From: Hormiphora californensis
Lineage: Eukaryota; Animalia; Ctenophora
DNA length: 64,000 nucleotides
Assembly (NCBI GenBank): GCA_020137815.1
Contig: CM035354.1
Location: 6,014,001-6,078,000 of the forward strand
Direction: 5' to 3'
Shown: in pieces, positions 1-13,149 of the stretch
Layout: each line of letters opens with the position of its first letter
Position numbering within the stretch: the stretch's first letter is position 1
Translations under genes and position numbers: made by a program
The notes under the pieces: generated by a model
Told to the model about the DNA's origin: nothing
Database searches by the model: none
Seen by the model: the letters and a program-made list of their open reading frames with translations, nothing else

Positions 1-625
1 CAGGCCGATCATAATGGTGCGTAACTTAGTTTGTATCTTAGTTTATTATTTGTAGTTTAGTATCTGTATTCTGTAGTTTAGCAATTTTAGCTTAGTTGTA
101 ACTTAGTTTGGATACTTAGTTTATCGAGTAAGGGGTGGAGGAGGGGCCCTTACAAATTTTAGTGGGAATTAGCGTGGGAGTATTGTTCTTGTTGGCGGGT
201 TAAATAGGTCACTGCTTCAAATTTTAATTATACCAGATAATCGCTTAGAAATCGATTTATTTGTCGAATGGTTCTGTAGAAATTCCCTGTACGCTAGTTT
301 GTAGTTGTGGGTGTAATAATGAATCGGGGATAATTACCCTGATTTGCCTTCATAATTGGCACTTAAACGGTCGATCCTACGTCACTACAGCAGATCTGCT
401 GCAGGCTGATGAATAATATAGTCTAGACGAGTAGATGATTCAATACGGTAGCCGGTAGATCAATTAAAGTACTTCACTTTTCTCTACCTGACTTACAAAA
501 CTGTAGTTGGAAAACTAACAAAAAAAACTAACAAAAATGTAGTTGAAGTAACGTAGTTTAGATATCCAACACACTTGGTAAAAGTAATAATTAGCCATGC
601 GGTCTAAATCATTGCCTTCTACGGC

Positions 626-1105
626 CCTCCACCCCCACTTAGTGTAACCCACGTCCCACCCTCTAACCCAGGTAGTGGTAAGATACCACCCCCACTTAGT
701 GTAACCCACCCTCTCACCCTCTAACCCAGGTAGTGGTAAGATACCACCCCCAATTTGTGTAACCCACCCTCTATAATAACCCAGGTAGTGGTAAGATACC
801 ACCCCCACCTTGTGTAACCCACCCTCTAACCCAGGTAGTGGTAAGATACCACCCCCAATTTGTGTAACCCACCCTCTATAATAACCCAGGTAGTGGTAAG
901 ATACCACCCCCACCTTGTGTAACCCACCCTCTAACCCAGGTAGTGGTAAGATACCACCCCCACTTAGTGTAACCCACCCTCTAACCCAGGTAGTGGTAAG
1001 ATACCACCCCCACTTTGTGTAACCCACCCTCTCGCCCAGGTAGTGGTAAGATAGAGGAGGAGGACTTCATGTAACCCACCCTCTCACTCAGGTAGTGGTA
1101 AGATA
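626..1105 (+). repeat. Minisatellite of ~50-58 bp units (9 copies) built from an intron/exon junction
   Basis: CAG|GTAGTGGTAAGATA recurs with the first post-AG base at 672, 730, 785, 835, 890, 940, 990, 1040 and 1092; the last copy is the true start of the EF-hand exon. Confidence 0.9.
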
Positions 1106-1737
1106 GAGGAGGAAGACTTCATGCACGTTATGAAGGAGTACACCACAGATCAGGATACCCTCGAGGCCAGGGAGCTGTTTGACGTGTTCGATACTGATAA
1201 AGACGGGTTTATATCTCGGGATGAACTCACTTTTGCTTTGTCCGAGGTCCTAAGGGATGATGTTTCGAAGAAAGAAAGTGAGTTACCTCCTCCCCCTCGT
1301 TAAAACTTTGTAGAAAAGGGTGTAGTGAGAGAGATTCCCCTATTATCTCAGTCAACTGCGGATAAAATATCGTAATCCCATCGTAATCATACCGTGGTTG
1401 TTTCATTTCCCTATTTTAACTTCTCTGACCATCTAAAGATCCCTATTTAGATCCCCATTGATCCCAATTCCTTAACTCTCTGACCATTTAGATCCCCATC
1501 CTAATTCCCTGTGTACTTCAGTTGAAACTATGATGAAGTTAGCGTGTAAAAATACCACTGGGAAGGATGAACGAGTCATTTCATTCAGAGGTTCGTATCT
1601 TGTTTATTGTTGGTAGATATAGACCCATTATGTTTTATCAATAATACCTGTTTCTTTTGTTGTACTCAACAATGTTTCTTCCTGTTTCAGATTTTCAGCA
1701 ACTGCTACTGGATGTTGGATTCACTACGACCAACTGA
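1092..1737 (+). CDS. Calmodulin-like EF-hand protein, 3' exons only (1092-1277, 1522-1590, 1691-1737)
   Basis: Spliced translation (G)SGKIEEEDFMHVMKEYTTDQDTLEARELFDVFDTDKDGFISRDELTFALSEVLRDDVSKKE-IETMMKLAC...VISFR-DFQQLLLDVGFTTTN*. Canonical EF loop DTDKDGFISRDE; phase-consistent GT-AG introns; AATAAA at ~1758. The 5' exons were not found in the window. Confidence 0.85.
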
Positions 1738-2289
1738 AGATGGGGGATTGCTGTCACAATAAAGAGATATTTATCAAAACCACCATGATTTATTTAAGAA
1801 CCCTTGTAAATAAACTAAACCAACAAAAGGGGAACGAGAGACATTTTATTAACCATTACAATTTGAAGATGGGACATTGAAAATAAGAGATGCATTTCCT
1901 CATTTTGTGACCGTGTGAGTCTTTGTACAAGTTTGTCAGTGTGAGTGTCTGTCTGTTAAACCACTTAAAGAATTTTCTTCTATCAAAACTGAAATTACTG
2001 TGTTTTATTCGATTCCAGGGGTCCTACTAGATCTAGGGGTCGGCACCTCCCAGCTAGAGGTATTTGACGGGGGATGAACTTTATCCAAAGGGGTCAATGA
2101 TCAATTTGGTGATTGGATGATCTGGCAGCTATTGTTGGTCTAACTTCTCAATCACATCCCCCATTGTGTACCATGTCCAATTTCATCTTCCCCCCCCCCC
2201 CTTCTATAATACACCCTCTCTGTACTGGAGCACTATTCGGCCACAACCATTCACCGGCTATAGCTGCCACAAAGAAGGGTGAGATACTG

Positions 2290-2415
2290 ACCCTCTCTGT
2301 CTGTATGTCTGTATCTTTGTCTGTATGTCTGCATGTCTACATGTATGTATGTATGTCTGTTTATCTGTTTGTTTGTCTCTCTGTCTGTCTCTCTGTCTGT
2401 ATGTCTATCTGTCTC

Positions 2416-2452
<37 letters not shown>

Positions 2453-2462
2453 TTGTTTGTAA
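2290..2462. repeat. (TGTC)n/(TATG)n-type microsatellite
   Basis: Degenerate tetranucleotide repeat seen directly. Confidence 0.8.
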
Positions 2463-3133
2463 GCAACTATCACACCGACAACAGCGTGTAAAATTGCGAC
2501 GTAAGATGAGGGATGTGATCCCAGATTAATACCCTTTATAATACTGTAGAGTGTAGTTGGTTAATAGAGCCATACATGTAGTCACGATATATATCTTATC
2601 CCCTATCTGATAGTTGCATTAAATATTGTATTACTGTCCTTCCAGCCCCCTCCCTCTCTCTGTTCTCCCGCCACTTTTTAACACCCCCGCACCCCTATCT
2701 ATCCGTGTGTCCGTACAACGTGTGTAAGCCCAGTTTCCCCATTTCCGCCGTGTTGCTCTTTTTCTCGCTACCATGTTGACTGTGTGTGTTAGTTGTGGCG
2801 ATGTGACACACTGTACAGAATCTGGAGATCACCGGGATTTCGCCTCCATTTGCACCCTTGACAGACCTTGTCATGTGATACGGTAAGGTACAACTTCATA
2901 ACAGATTTGAGCACTATTCGTATATCCACAATTTGGTCAGTTTTGCTGAAAAGTTCAACTAAATTCAGCTGGACAGCTGCAGCCTGCATCAAGCATGGAT
3001 TATAAACAAAAACTCCCGCCCCTTTTCTGTCGCGGTTCTGGAAATGTGTTGAAAGAAGGAAAGGTTGGTAGTCGCGACGCGCGCACGTGAAGAGTCTGTC
3101 TGATTGTTGGCGCGGGTGTACACTGTACATTGT

Positions 3134-3164
<31 letters not shown>

Positions 3165-4289
3165 TTCATTTCTCTGTTTGATCGTCATGTTTCCTTACAC
3201 CTTTTCTTTGAATCGTTCGAGAATGTTCCACCCATGATTATTGACTTCCTATTTATCTAACTCGATACTCAACTGTCTCGCCCAGTCTATCTGACTGTCA
3301 TGTCATGGGTGCCAAAACGAGGTGGGCTCCATGGTTGTGATTTTCAAAATGTATGATTCTGATTTATTCCTAGTTCTATCCCAATGATGGCAGAGTGTAA
3401 TGCAAACTGAAGCTAAGTCATGCGCATGTCAGAGTCGGCAGCGAAGTTAGTGATTCTCAGTTCCTACTCTCTAGTCTTCGCCAGAGCCTCAACTTTGTTC
3501 CGCCACACGATCTCCTACGGAATGACGTGGTGTGTGAGATGCAAACGTTTGTTGGATCGATATAGTCTTCCAGTCCCTATCACCTCACCTATACCTTCCT
3601 CCTCATCACCATGCATCTGCTCTAAGTCTGCACATCGCCCTATGGTGTTGGTTGATAATACGGATCTTGGGAAGGTTTTACTAGATTGATCGTACGTTGA
3701 CGTTGCTGCTTGGAAAATGCTTTTTACGATCTCTCCTTAACGTACTCATGACATGAATCTCCCTCCCAGTTGCAAAAGTACAGTTCAAATTGTTTAGCCT
3801 TCGAACTTATGCTCTATTGGTCTGAAACGTTGAACGGGTAGGTCCCAGTCCCATATAGACATCTTGAAAACTCCCTTAATCCGGACTCGATCTTTTGCAT
3901 CCAGTGATGCCTGTGTTTAGAAGAGTAAAGCGGAGTTTGGGAGGGGATGTTTATCAGAGAGAGGAGAGAAGAGAGAGAGACGAGAGGAGGGGGAGTGTGT
4001 GATCACCGTGACTTGCTCTTGGTTAAATGCTCTTTTATAACATTTACAGTCTCTATCTCCTTGATGTTTTCAATGTTAGCTTCAAATGTGTTTTACAGCT
4101 TTCTACCCGTCTATTGCTTGCCCATCAGCTGTCTGAAGCCGCTCAGATCAGGTCAGCGCCGCCAGACAGCCCATCTCGAACAATAGCCGTTCATCGGGAC
4201 CACCATGTTGAATGTTGATTTGAACACTAGCATACAACAGTAGGTGTGAATGCGTTGTTATTGTCTCTCAAGTCATATTATGGCATTAT

Positions 4290-4333
<44 letters not shown>

Positions 4334-4924
4334 GGCACGTTTTAAAACCTACTTCAGCTAAAACACCATCCCAGACACCTATTATCCCCACGACATAACA
4401 ATGAAACTGCAGTTGTTTACTTTGTTGAATGGTACCGGAGACAGCTATAGACAAGAGGGATCGCTAAATAGCGGTGGAAGGCAATTTAGTTGTTTTACTT
4501 TGTTGTCCTTCACTTGTTCAGACTATAGCTATCAGCCTCTTAGCACCCCCCCCCCCCCCCCCCATTAGCACCACGCCCCCCCCCCCCCCCATTCGGTAAC
4601 ACAGCTACCCATTCCTCTCCTGTCATGCCAATATATGCTCCGACCACAGTTCTCGCTCGCTCAGTTCCTCTCCCCCATGCAGCAACTAGGATCAGTGGTC
4701 CGAACAATTGTGTTGCCACTGCAGATACGATATATTGCATCCATTAATCTACTGCAGTGCGTTATATTACTCATAAATGTTGATACCCCCCCCCCCCTTG
4801 ATCCCAACTCCAATATGCTACCCCTGCTATGCTATGAAGAATGATATGATAATGAAATGGGGGAGCATTTTAGTAACACACATATATAAAGACTCGGGCT
4901 AACTTTGGGGCAAATATCTTGTTA

Positions 4925-6281
4925 TCATGGAATAGAATTGTAAATCACATGTTTCATGTTCCAATTGATATCTCTATGCCTCGCAGTTAACGTACTGATC
5001 CTCAATGTCACAAAACCGGGGCACGCAGGACCTCCACCTGAAGGGGGCAGTACTAGTATTTTGGGGAATGGGCTGGACCTGGGGGTATAAGCTCTGAGCT
5101 TTGATTTGCCCTAATAATAACACGGTGAGAGAGGGTCGAGCGAGACAACTCTGAGCTAACGATTTAGTGCATTTGAGCTAGAAATGAGTCTAATTAGACT
5201 AGAGTATGGCTTGTTGTAGAGGAACATAACACGCGTGACGTCACGTACCTGAATTGTTGACCATCAGCAGAGCAGTCACTAGGGTAGTCCCAAGCGGAGC
5301 ACTCACAAGCAGGGGCCGACTCCTGATCAGGAACATTGTTCTCCTCAACAGCATTGCTCTCCTCATTAGTGACACTCTCCTCTTCTTGATTTACTGCCTG
5401 GCAATACTGCATGGCCCTGTGGTGGAGAAGGTAGGGGTTACTAGGTGAAGTGTGAACACGTGTCAATAACTCGAGGTGTAACTAGGTGTAACTAGGTCTA
5501 CTTCCACGTGGCACAAGAACCTGCTGGATACTTACACATGGGGGATGAGGTCAGGTCGGACGGTCCAGTGTAGCTGCTTGGGGTTGGTGTTCAGGCAGAT
5601 GAAACCACCACACTGCTCTAAAAATAAGGAAGTGGTGTTATCTCTTGATCAGACTAAATTAACTAAGGAAGTTGGTACGTACAATTCCCTACAAAACCCA
5701 GTATTTTTCTATTTTCTTCCCTCTCTTGCACAGATCTCACTGAATAAATTAACTAAGTACTAGTATGTATCTGATAACTAGTTAACTTACGGACGACAGT
5801 GAGGCTGTTCCAGACCCACTGTCCAGAGCTAAGTTGAAGGTAGCACCCGGAGACCTGGCCACCAGCACCAATACCTCCCTCTCCGCCGTATTTGGGGATC
5901 TGGTTTCCACCCTGCTGACTGGGTGTCCACTGTACTCCAAATGCGTTCTGGCCCCATCCTTGAGCTTGGAGGTTACCTCGACCGCCGTACTGACAGGGGA
6001 GAGTTTTGTTAGGGGGGGGGGAGAGTTGTGTTAGGGTATTAGGGTAACGTTAAGTGTCAGAAGTCAACCCAAATGTAGTTCTTCCCAATGACACATATAT
6101 CATACCTTGGGGGAGTAGCCCTGACCCTGTACGGGTCGACCGTACGCCGCATTGCCAGTGTTCACCTTGTTTTTGCCTTTCTGAGAAATAGAGATGGAGG
6201 GTTAGAATAATATCAAGCCACGAGAACTTCAGGGAGAGATAGAGATAGAGAAAAAAGAGATAGACGGGGGGAGAGAGAGAG

Positions 6282-6350
<69 letters not shown>

Positions 6351-6670
6351 CAGAGACAGAGACAGAGACAGAGACAGAGACAGAGACAGAGACAGAGACA
6401 GAGACAGAGACAGAGACAGAGACAGAGATTGGTCAATCTTACCTTTTTATTAGGAGAACCATAGGTAGCCTTTCCAGTTTTCACCCTCTTCTTCTGAGCG
6501 TACTTTGCATTGGGCTTGGGTTTGGGTTTCGCACTGGGTGCCTCAGTGGGGGTTGGTGAAGAGGTTGCCGTGGAGGTAGCTGAGGAGGTGGCTGGGGAGG
6601 TGGAATTGTCTTGACCCAACACCACACAGGGTACAAGGACAACGGTCAAGAAGAGTGTCAGCCTCATCAT
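4925..6670 (-). CDS. Secreted orphan protein: signal peptide, Ser/Thr/Pro linker, Gly/Gln/Tyr-rich region, acidic spacer, TSP1/spondin-like Cys C-terminus (exons 6670-6443, 6180-6106, 5989-5791, 5617-5536, 5416-5249, 5078-~4925/4974)
   Basis: N-terminus MMRLTLFLTVVLVPCVVLG. Five phase-compatible GT-AG introns join ...GSPNKK/KGKNKVNTGNAAYGRP...YSPK/YGGRGNLQAQGWGQNAF.../QQCGGFICLNTNPKQLHW.../...CECSAWDYPSDCSADGQQFR/SSPFPKILVLPPSGGGPACP. One extra T in a T-run would give ...FCDIEDQYVNCEA* (stop at 4974). Confidence 0.75.
6236..6428. repeat. Intronic (GA)n + (GAGACA)n microsatellite
   Basis: Seen directly in intron 1 of the secreted-protein gene. Confidence 0.9.
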
Positions 6671-8191
6671 AGTTCAATAGATTAAGTGGGAATTTGGTGA
6701 TGTGGCGGCTGATTTTATGTGTCAGCATCTGAGTTGTTTTGTCTAGACTGGGTTGTAGGGAAGCATAACATGGTTTTAACAAGTTGGGGTAATACGTCAG
6801 TGCGTATTACGTGTTTTGATTTGAATTCAAAGTTATCAGCTTAATAACAAAATAAGTCACCATGTACGAATTCTATTTGAATTTTCAATTCTTTCTGGTG
6901 TATCAGCTGTAGTGGTCCTCTAGATATTACCCAGGTTGAGAATTGATCAATGGATATTGGATATATGCAAGGGGATGTGTTGGTATCTGGATGGGAGGAG
7001 AGAAGGATTAATTGGTATCGTGGGAGCGGGTCATTCAATAACATTGGTAAGAGAAGGAGCAGGGACTATCCTGTTTTATCCTGTTTGATCTGGCTGGCCT
7101 CCAACTTGATCTCATGGAAAATATGAAAAAGAGAGAGAGAGAGTGTGAGAGAGAGGGGGGGGGGGGGTAGAGAGAGGGAGAGGGAGAGGGGGAGAGATAG
7201 ATAGATATATAGATAGATAGAGAGAGAGAGAGAGAGGGAGAAAGGGAGAGAGAGAGTGAGAGATAGAAGTAGAGAGAAAGATAGAGGTAGAGAGAGATAG
7301 AGAGATATAATAGATGGAGAGAGAGGGGGAGAGACAGTTAGAGATAGATAGAGATAGATAGAGATAGAGAGAGAGAGAGAGAAAGATGGGGAGAGTGAGA
7401 GAGAGTTTTAGCATGATACTTCTGAAATACCACAGGAGAGAATGACTGATAGAAAAAGAGTGGGCCCTCTGTGTTAATATAGCTCCGTGTAGATCCAGCC
7501 TAGAGCAGTAGTAAGCTTGTTGATGTAAGGGTATCACGTTTTGAAAATCTATCTAGAGGGATTGATGGGGAGTAATCTTATTTACACACAACGCACCTCC
7601 TCTATTCGTCCCTACTCTCAGTCTGACCTGCTGCCTACCACTGTATTGCTTCACATCACTATGGGTATACGGAAGCGTTTCTTTGGAAGGAGGAGTTGTT
7701 CCTTGGTCCAAACTATACCTGAGGAGGAAGCGATCTGTAACACTGACTGTATTTCACCAATCCTATACCACAGGTCGGTCCTTGAAGTGTTACTTATTAT
7801 TAGGTTTAGTGGTTTGAACTTGCTTGAACGTTTTGACTGATATGAGGTTGTGAAATGTCTGAAAGGTATTGCAAAACCTCCGGCACACGTCACAGTCTCC
7901 TAGTTATCCAGTTGGAGTGACGTGTGTCGCAATAGTTATCCGCTTTAATTGACAGATTGTTCCCCACCCCCCCTCTCTCTCTCTCTCTCCATCTCTCCCT
8001 CCCTGATCTCTCTTCTCCTGCTGCAGCAGTACTGTGCAGCAGCAGTGCACTTGCAAGGCAGTAACGCACCCCAATCATTGGGGAACATTACACCTGGGTG
8101 GGTGGAAACACTATCATCGGTACTATCTCTCTCTATCTTTCTCTCTCTCTCTCTCTCTCTCTATCTCTATCTCTATCTCTCTCTATCTCTA

Positions 8192-8227
<36 letters not shown>

Positions 8228-9712
8228 CCTCTCTCTCTCTCTCTAACTATCAATCTCTCTCTCTCTCCCTTCTTCCCACGAATGCAGCAAGATGAGATCT
8301 CTCATTTCCGTACTGTAAAAATAGTGCTTTTGCGAGCACATTACCAAATTTCAGCAGTTCATTGGAACCGCACGATCTCTCGTTTATCTCTGCATATGAT
8401 TTAACCTATCTTTTTTCAGCTTAATTTAGCTTTTGGCACTATCTTTCCTATCTTAATCGCTCTCTAGTTTTCTCCCAAGGCTCTGCTCGTGATTGTCTTG
8501 CTCTCTCTTTTCTGTCCTATATCATTTTTGTGTATCAAGTAGTAGTTCTTCTTGTTTTGGATTTGATAAAACATCATGGCTATAAAAGTGAAGCGGCTTT
8601 GGTAAGACACTGAGTGAAACATTTTCTGCCCTTTTTCGAGTTTGTTGTTCCACAATTAAAACTCGATGATGTGAGTGTGTTTTGCATGTAGAGAATTTCC
8701 TGGTCAACATCATCCCGCACATATTTGTGATGAGATTTTTGTTGAATTTTCTAATGCATGCTTCATAATTTTTTTAACAATGTTAAACCATCTAAAGGGA
8801 GGAGTTTTAAACAGTAATGAGAGGGCCATCTGCTTCCACGTGTGCTCCAAGCGCGTCATGCTGACGTTCTGACGTCCCTCCCACTCCTCCTAGAAGTAGA
8901 TTGATCACCATCTGGTAGCCAAGTTATAAATTCACCAAGACTTACATAAACCTAGTTTCTGAGAACCCAACATCTTCACAAAACCTAATCACACCACGAA
9001 TTCACATGCTGCACTAGTCGGTATTCTTTTACCATTTAGCATCATTGAGCACTCTGATCTGTGTTAGAGCTTCAGAGGTAATGTAGACCATACGGCGCAC
9101 GTGTTAAAGACTGGGAAAGAGAGAGAATTGGAGAGAGAGAGAGACTGGAAGAGAGGGGGAGAGAGAAGAAGAAAAATAAAAGAAGATAGAGGCCTGCATG
9201 CCATTATCAAGCAATGCGCTCTACCATCTGAGCCCTCTGGTCTCCGAAATCTATCCCCCATATCTTTAGTTTTCTTTGTGCTCTCTGTAATCCCCCCCCC
9301 CGTCTTTCCGTTGCCTGGATCTCGAGGCCCCCTGTGCACATGATGTACGTTTAGTTTTGCCGCGTATTATTCTTTGTCTCCTTTAGCCGACCTTCGCATA
9401 TAATATCTATCATTTTTAAAAAGTGATCTGTTAGGTACTTTAAGATCCCCTTGGCACAGACCGGAAGAGATAGTTAAATGAATGTGAGAGGGATCAATAA
9501 TATCTAGGTCACGGTGATTATAATTTCCCAAGGGTCCCCCCCCTGTCACCCCATCTTGATTTCCTGGTTCTCACGGGGAACACTGAACCTACTACTAAAC
9601 TGGGTACTGCGTGGGGGCTTGTCTGAATGTACACGTGCACTCAAACATCTAGCTCACACGTCAACCATTACCAAAATTAAAACTTCTATCCGGTCTTCCT
9701 TTCTCTCTCTCT

Positions 9713-9783
<71 letters not shown>

Positions 9784-11044
9784 CCCCTCTCTCTCACCCC
9801 CTCTCTCTCTCACCCCCTCTCTCTCTCTCTCTCTATCTCTCTCTCCCTTTCTCTCCCTTTCTTCCGGTAGAACCGCTGGGGACGAACCCAACTGCAGGGA
9901 CTGCAGGGCTGCCAACTCACCCCACTATGGTACATGGTCCGATTTTAATTGTGTCCTAATTTGTGATGTCACTGCATGGTGGCTTCTTTTCCAATGGACA
10001 CGCTCAAAAGACTTTGTAGCCTGAATTAACTATGTCATCTCTTTGACAACTTGGTATGTTGGCGTTGCAAAGACCGGGTCTTTTGAGATGTGAAGCTGGA
10101 AGTCTTGGTGTGCCAATCAGCATGTAGCTTTGCATTCAGGACTATCTGTGCAACAACTCTATAAACGAGTGACGGCTGATGTTCATTTCGTTCGAGCAGC
10201 TGCAGATTCTGCAGCTGCATGGGTGATGATTATGCAATTTTGCAGCCATTGCATGCCCCTGCATACCATTTAAACAGCTTTACATTCTAGACTAATGGAG
10301 CTAAATGGAGATAGCTGCAAGACCCTCACTGTATATAGCTCGTATATTGTACCACCTGTATTATAACTGCAGAATGAACTGCTATCATATTTCTAACAAC
10401 ACCCCCTGTGATGCAGCTGCTGTTTCTGTCACACACGCTATCCAGACACCACGGGGTATTATAATTCTGGGGGCTAGTTGTTATCGTAACACGAGAGCTG
10501 TTTTTGCCAATTCATATTCGGTTTTTTGTTGAGTTTTTGTTGAGGTCACCTTGTACATATAACTTGTACAGCAGCCAGAGAAAATGCTAAGGTAAGGTTT
10601 TCACTGATATTATGAGATAGTTCCTGAGTGGGCCTGGTTAGGTTAAAGGTTTGGACGGATGGTAAATGGATTGGTGTGTTCCTCAGAAGTTATTTTGGAT
10701 CAATTCAGCTGGCATGATGCCAAAATGCCACTATGTTCAGCTGCGATGTTCCTCCTAGGGCCCTTCCTCCTAGGTTCTGCACAAGATAACTGGTTTTGTG
10801 TTTCTAATTGTGTTTCGCGGCCCCAACTCGCCCCTTTTCCGTGTATACACACACTTTATTAAATAACACTCACACATTCGCTCCACATTTTGTGTCGCTC
10901 TGTATCTAATTGCTGCTCCGAATCCCCCTGAATCTCTCCCTCAATCTAGAGTTCATTATTCATTATTCCTGTGCCATGCTTATTGAGTTCTTCTAATGGA
11001 ACATAATATGTTCATTTACCACTGTGAAAGAGCTCTCTCATGTA

Positions 11045-11600
11045 GTCACGTGACCATGTACTTAGGAACGCTCCTGTAGTTTCCATAGCAACCAATAGGG
11101 TCTCTCTTTGTAAAACTCGCTCCTTCAACGGTTTCTTGGGGAATAATTGCTTGGTGTTGGATCTTAAACGCATTCTAGATTTACCAACCTGCGTGGCTTT
11201 CAAAGGAGTTTTATTCCTGGGGTCTTTTGTCGATCTTGCTTTCTTTGTACAAGATTTTCTCAAAGAGACGATTAGCAGTAGGTTAGTAGTAAAAGTATCA
11301 TTTTCTAAGAGCACAGCTTGCAACTTTTCAATTTCTTTTCTTATGGAGTTATGAGAGATCATTTTCGATTTCATTATTTTTATTCAATACTCGGCTTTGT
11401 AGTTTCGATTCCTATTTGTGAAACTGATTACCTCCTTTGAACCACAATCCAATCAATCAGTGTCCCTTTTAGCATGATAAGTTTCCCCAATCAGAGAGGG
11501 GTTTTTGCCCAATCAGTTAACTTTTTGCCCAATCACGGGGCCCCAAATCTCATTACGTTTGCACACCAAATTCCACCCCTACACCACGACCGGAAGTTCC
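11045..11600. promoter_or_regulatory. Cluster of promoter-type motifs: E-box, RFX X-box, several CCAAT boxes, ETS site
   Basis: GTCACGTGAC 11045-11054; GTTTCCATAGCAAC ~11079-11092; four CCAATCA at ~11449-11535; CCGGAAGT ~11590. No target gene identified. Confidence 0.3.
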
Positions 11601-13149
11601 ACGGACAGGGCCGGTGAGAAAGTGGGAGAGAGAGACATGTAGGGTGACGAGGGGATCTTCTTCCTGTTACTAATTGTCTCTCTCAGTCGGTCATTATTTC
11701 TCCCTGAGTCTCTAGATTCACTCTCCTGAGTTCTCCCTTAGTCTCTAGATTCACTCTCCTGAGTTCTCGAATATGTTGAAGTTCCATCCCGTCTGGTGTA
11801 ATGACTGTAGATCTCTCCCCTATCATCCAGGTAGACGTACAAATCGTTACTTCTCAATCAAGTGAGATAGAGAGAGAGGAGATCTTGGTACTAAATCTAT
11901 CTCGTATTCCTCTCGCTTCATGCCAGATGCCAAGTTATAATGCAGATTATCGCTGTCACCACGCGTGTGTGAGCACGACTCTAATCACTAATGAACTTGT
12001 TGCAACACTCTGCAGTTATGCCACTAAACTTTGTTAATTCCATTTTTGGGAATATTTTAGTACTCTATGCATAGTTATGTGGTGGACGACCTTAGTTAGT
12101 TAGTGTTTCCTGAATCCGTCTGATCACCTTTGCTACATAGTCACGAGCAGGTCTCCCAGGCACCACCTCCAGGTTGTTGTTTGTCAACAACTCCGTTCAT
12201 AGGTAAGACCGTCTCTGCCCGGGATCGGTTCGCGATGTTACAGTAGGCTACAACAATTTTTTCTACACGAGGTGGTTTGTTGCTCAACAACCTCCAATCA
12301 CCATTAGGTTGCAACATGCACTACGAGCCTGCTGAGAGAAAGCTATCTTTTTACAAGTAGTTATTTTACACGATGGTTTTTGTATTGGCCTCTCTCCATG
12401 TTTCCCATTCGCTGCAAATTGCTTTTCATCGCATCTCTTTCTTTGTCTCTCTCTCTCTCTCTCTCTCTCCGATCTATCTTTTTTACCATCCCCATCTCTC
12501 TCTATTTTCAATCTGCACTGCATCACACATGAGCTGCTGCAGCATGCAAACTGGACACACGTGACTGACCACATGACATACATAAAAACCACTCTCGAGT
12601 CTCGTTAACGGTTGAAACCTGTCAAAAAAAGTTGATGGGTCTGTCCAATTGGGTGATGGTTCCTGAGAGAGAGGTATAGAGATAGAAGGGTATAGCTCTT
12701 CTGGGGGTGCACGATCAATGTATGTAAAGACCGTTATAGGGGTGATTGCTCCCCCGCACAATTTTGAGAGAGGAGAGAGAGATGAGGGGGGAAAGAGAAG
12801 AGAGAAAGGGAGGAGAAAGGATTAGTTGCTATTTATGGGTTACCAGGGAAATTTAAAATTGCGTGTGAGGAGCCCCATGATCGGAGGGTTGACAAGGGGG
12901 TTTTAAAGGTTTACGCAATTTAGGGTCTTTGGGTAAGGATCTACAATGAAAAAAAGTAAGAACATATTACCTTTTTAAATTTACGCGGCCAAAAGGGGGA
13001 CGTACGGGCAACATGCAGCCTCAAATCGAACAAAACTCTGGAATTGAATTTTTCGGAAGTTACAGGGAACTGAACCTGAAACTATCCAGTTTTGATCACT
13101 TCCCATGATTCATCGATTTGTTTTTTTGCTTGCTTCTTCTTAAATATTT

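Noticed and set aside
515-1027. 170-aa repetitive ORF on the minus strand
   Set aside because: Antisense translation of the minisatellite.
626-1105. CRISPR-like regularly spaced repeats
   Set aside because: Intervening segments are near-identical rather than unique spacers; eukaryotic intron; no cas genes.
3360-4230. Coding-like minus-strand sequence with an apparent intron (~4005-3912), possibly a transposase relic
   Set aside because: Stops in all frames and no motif I can identify with confidence.
7112-9870. LSLSLS/ERERER ORFs here and throughout the window
   Set aside because: Translations of (CT)n/(AG)n microsatellites.
11012-11374. 120-aa Lys-rich ORF
   Set aside because: No recognisable domain or supported exon chain.
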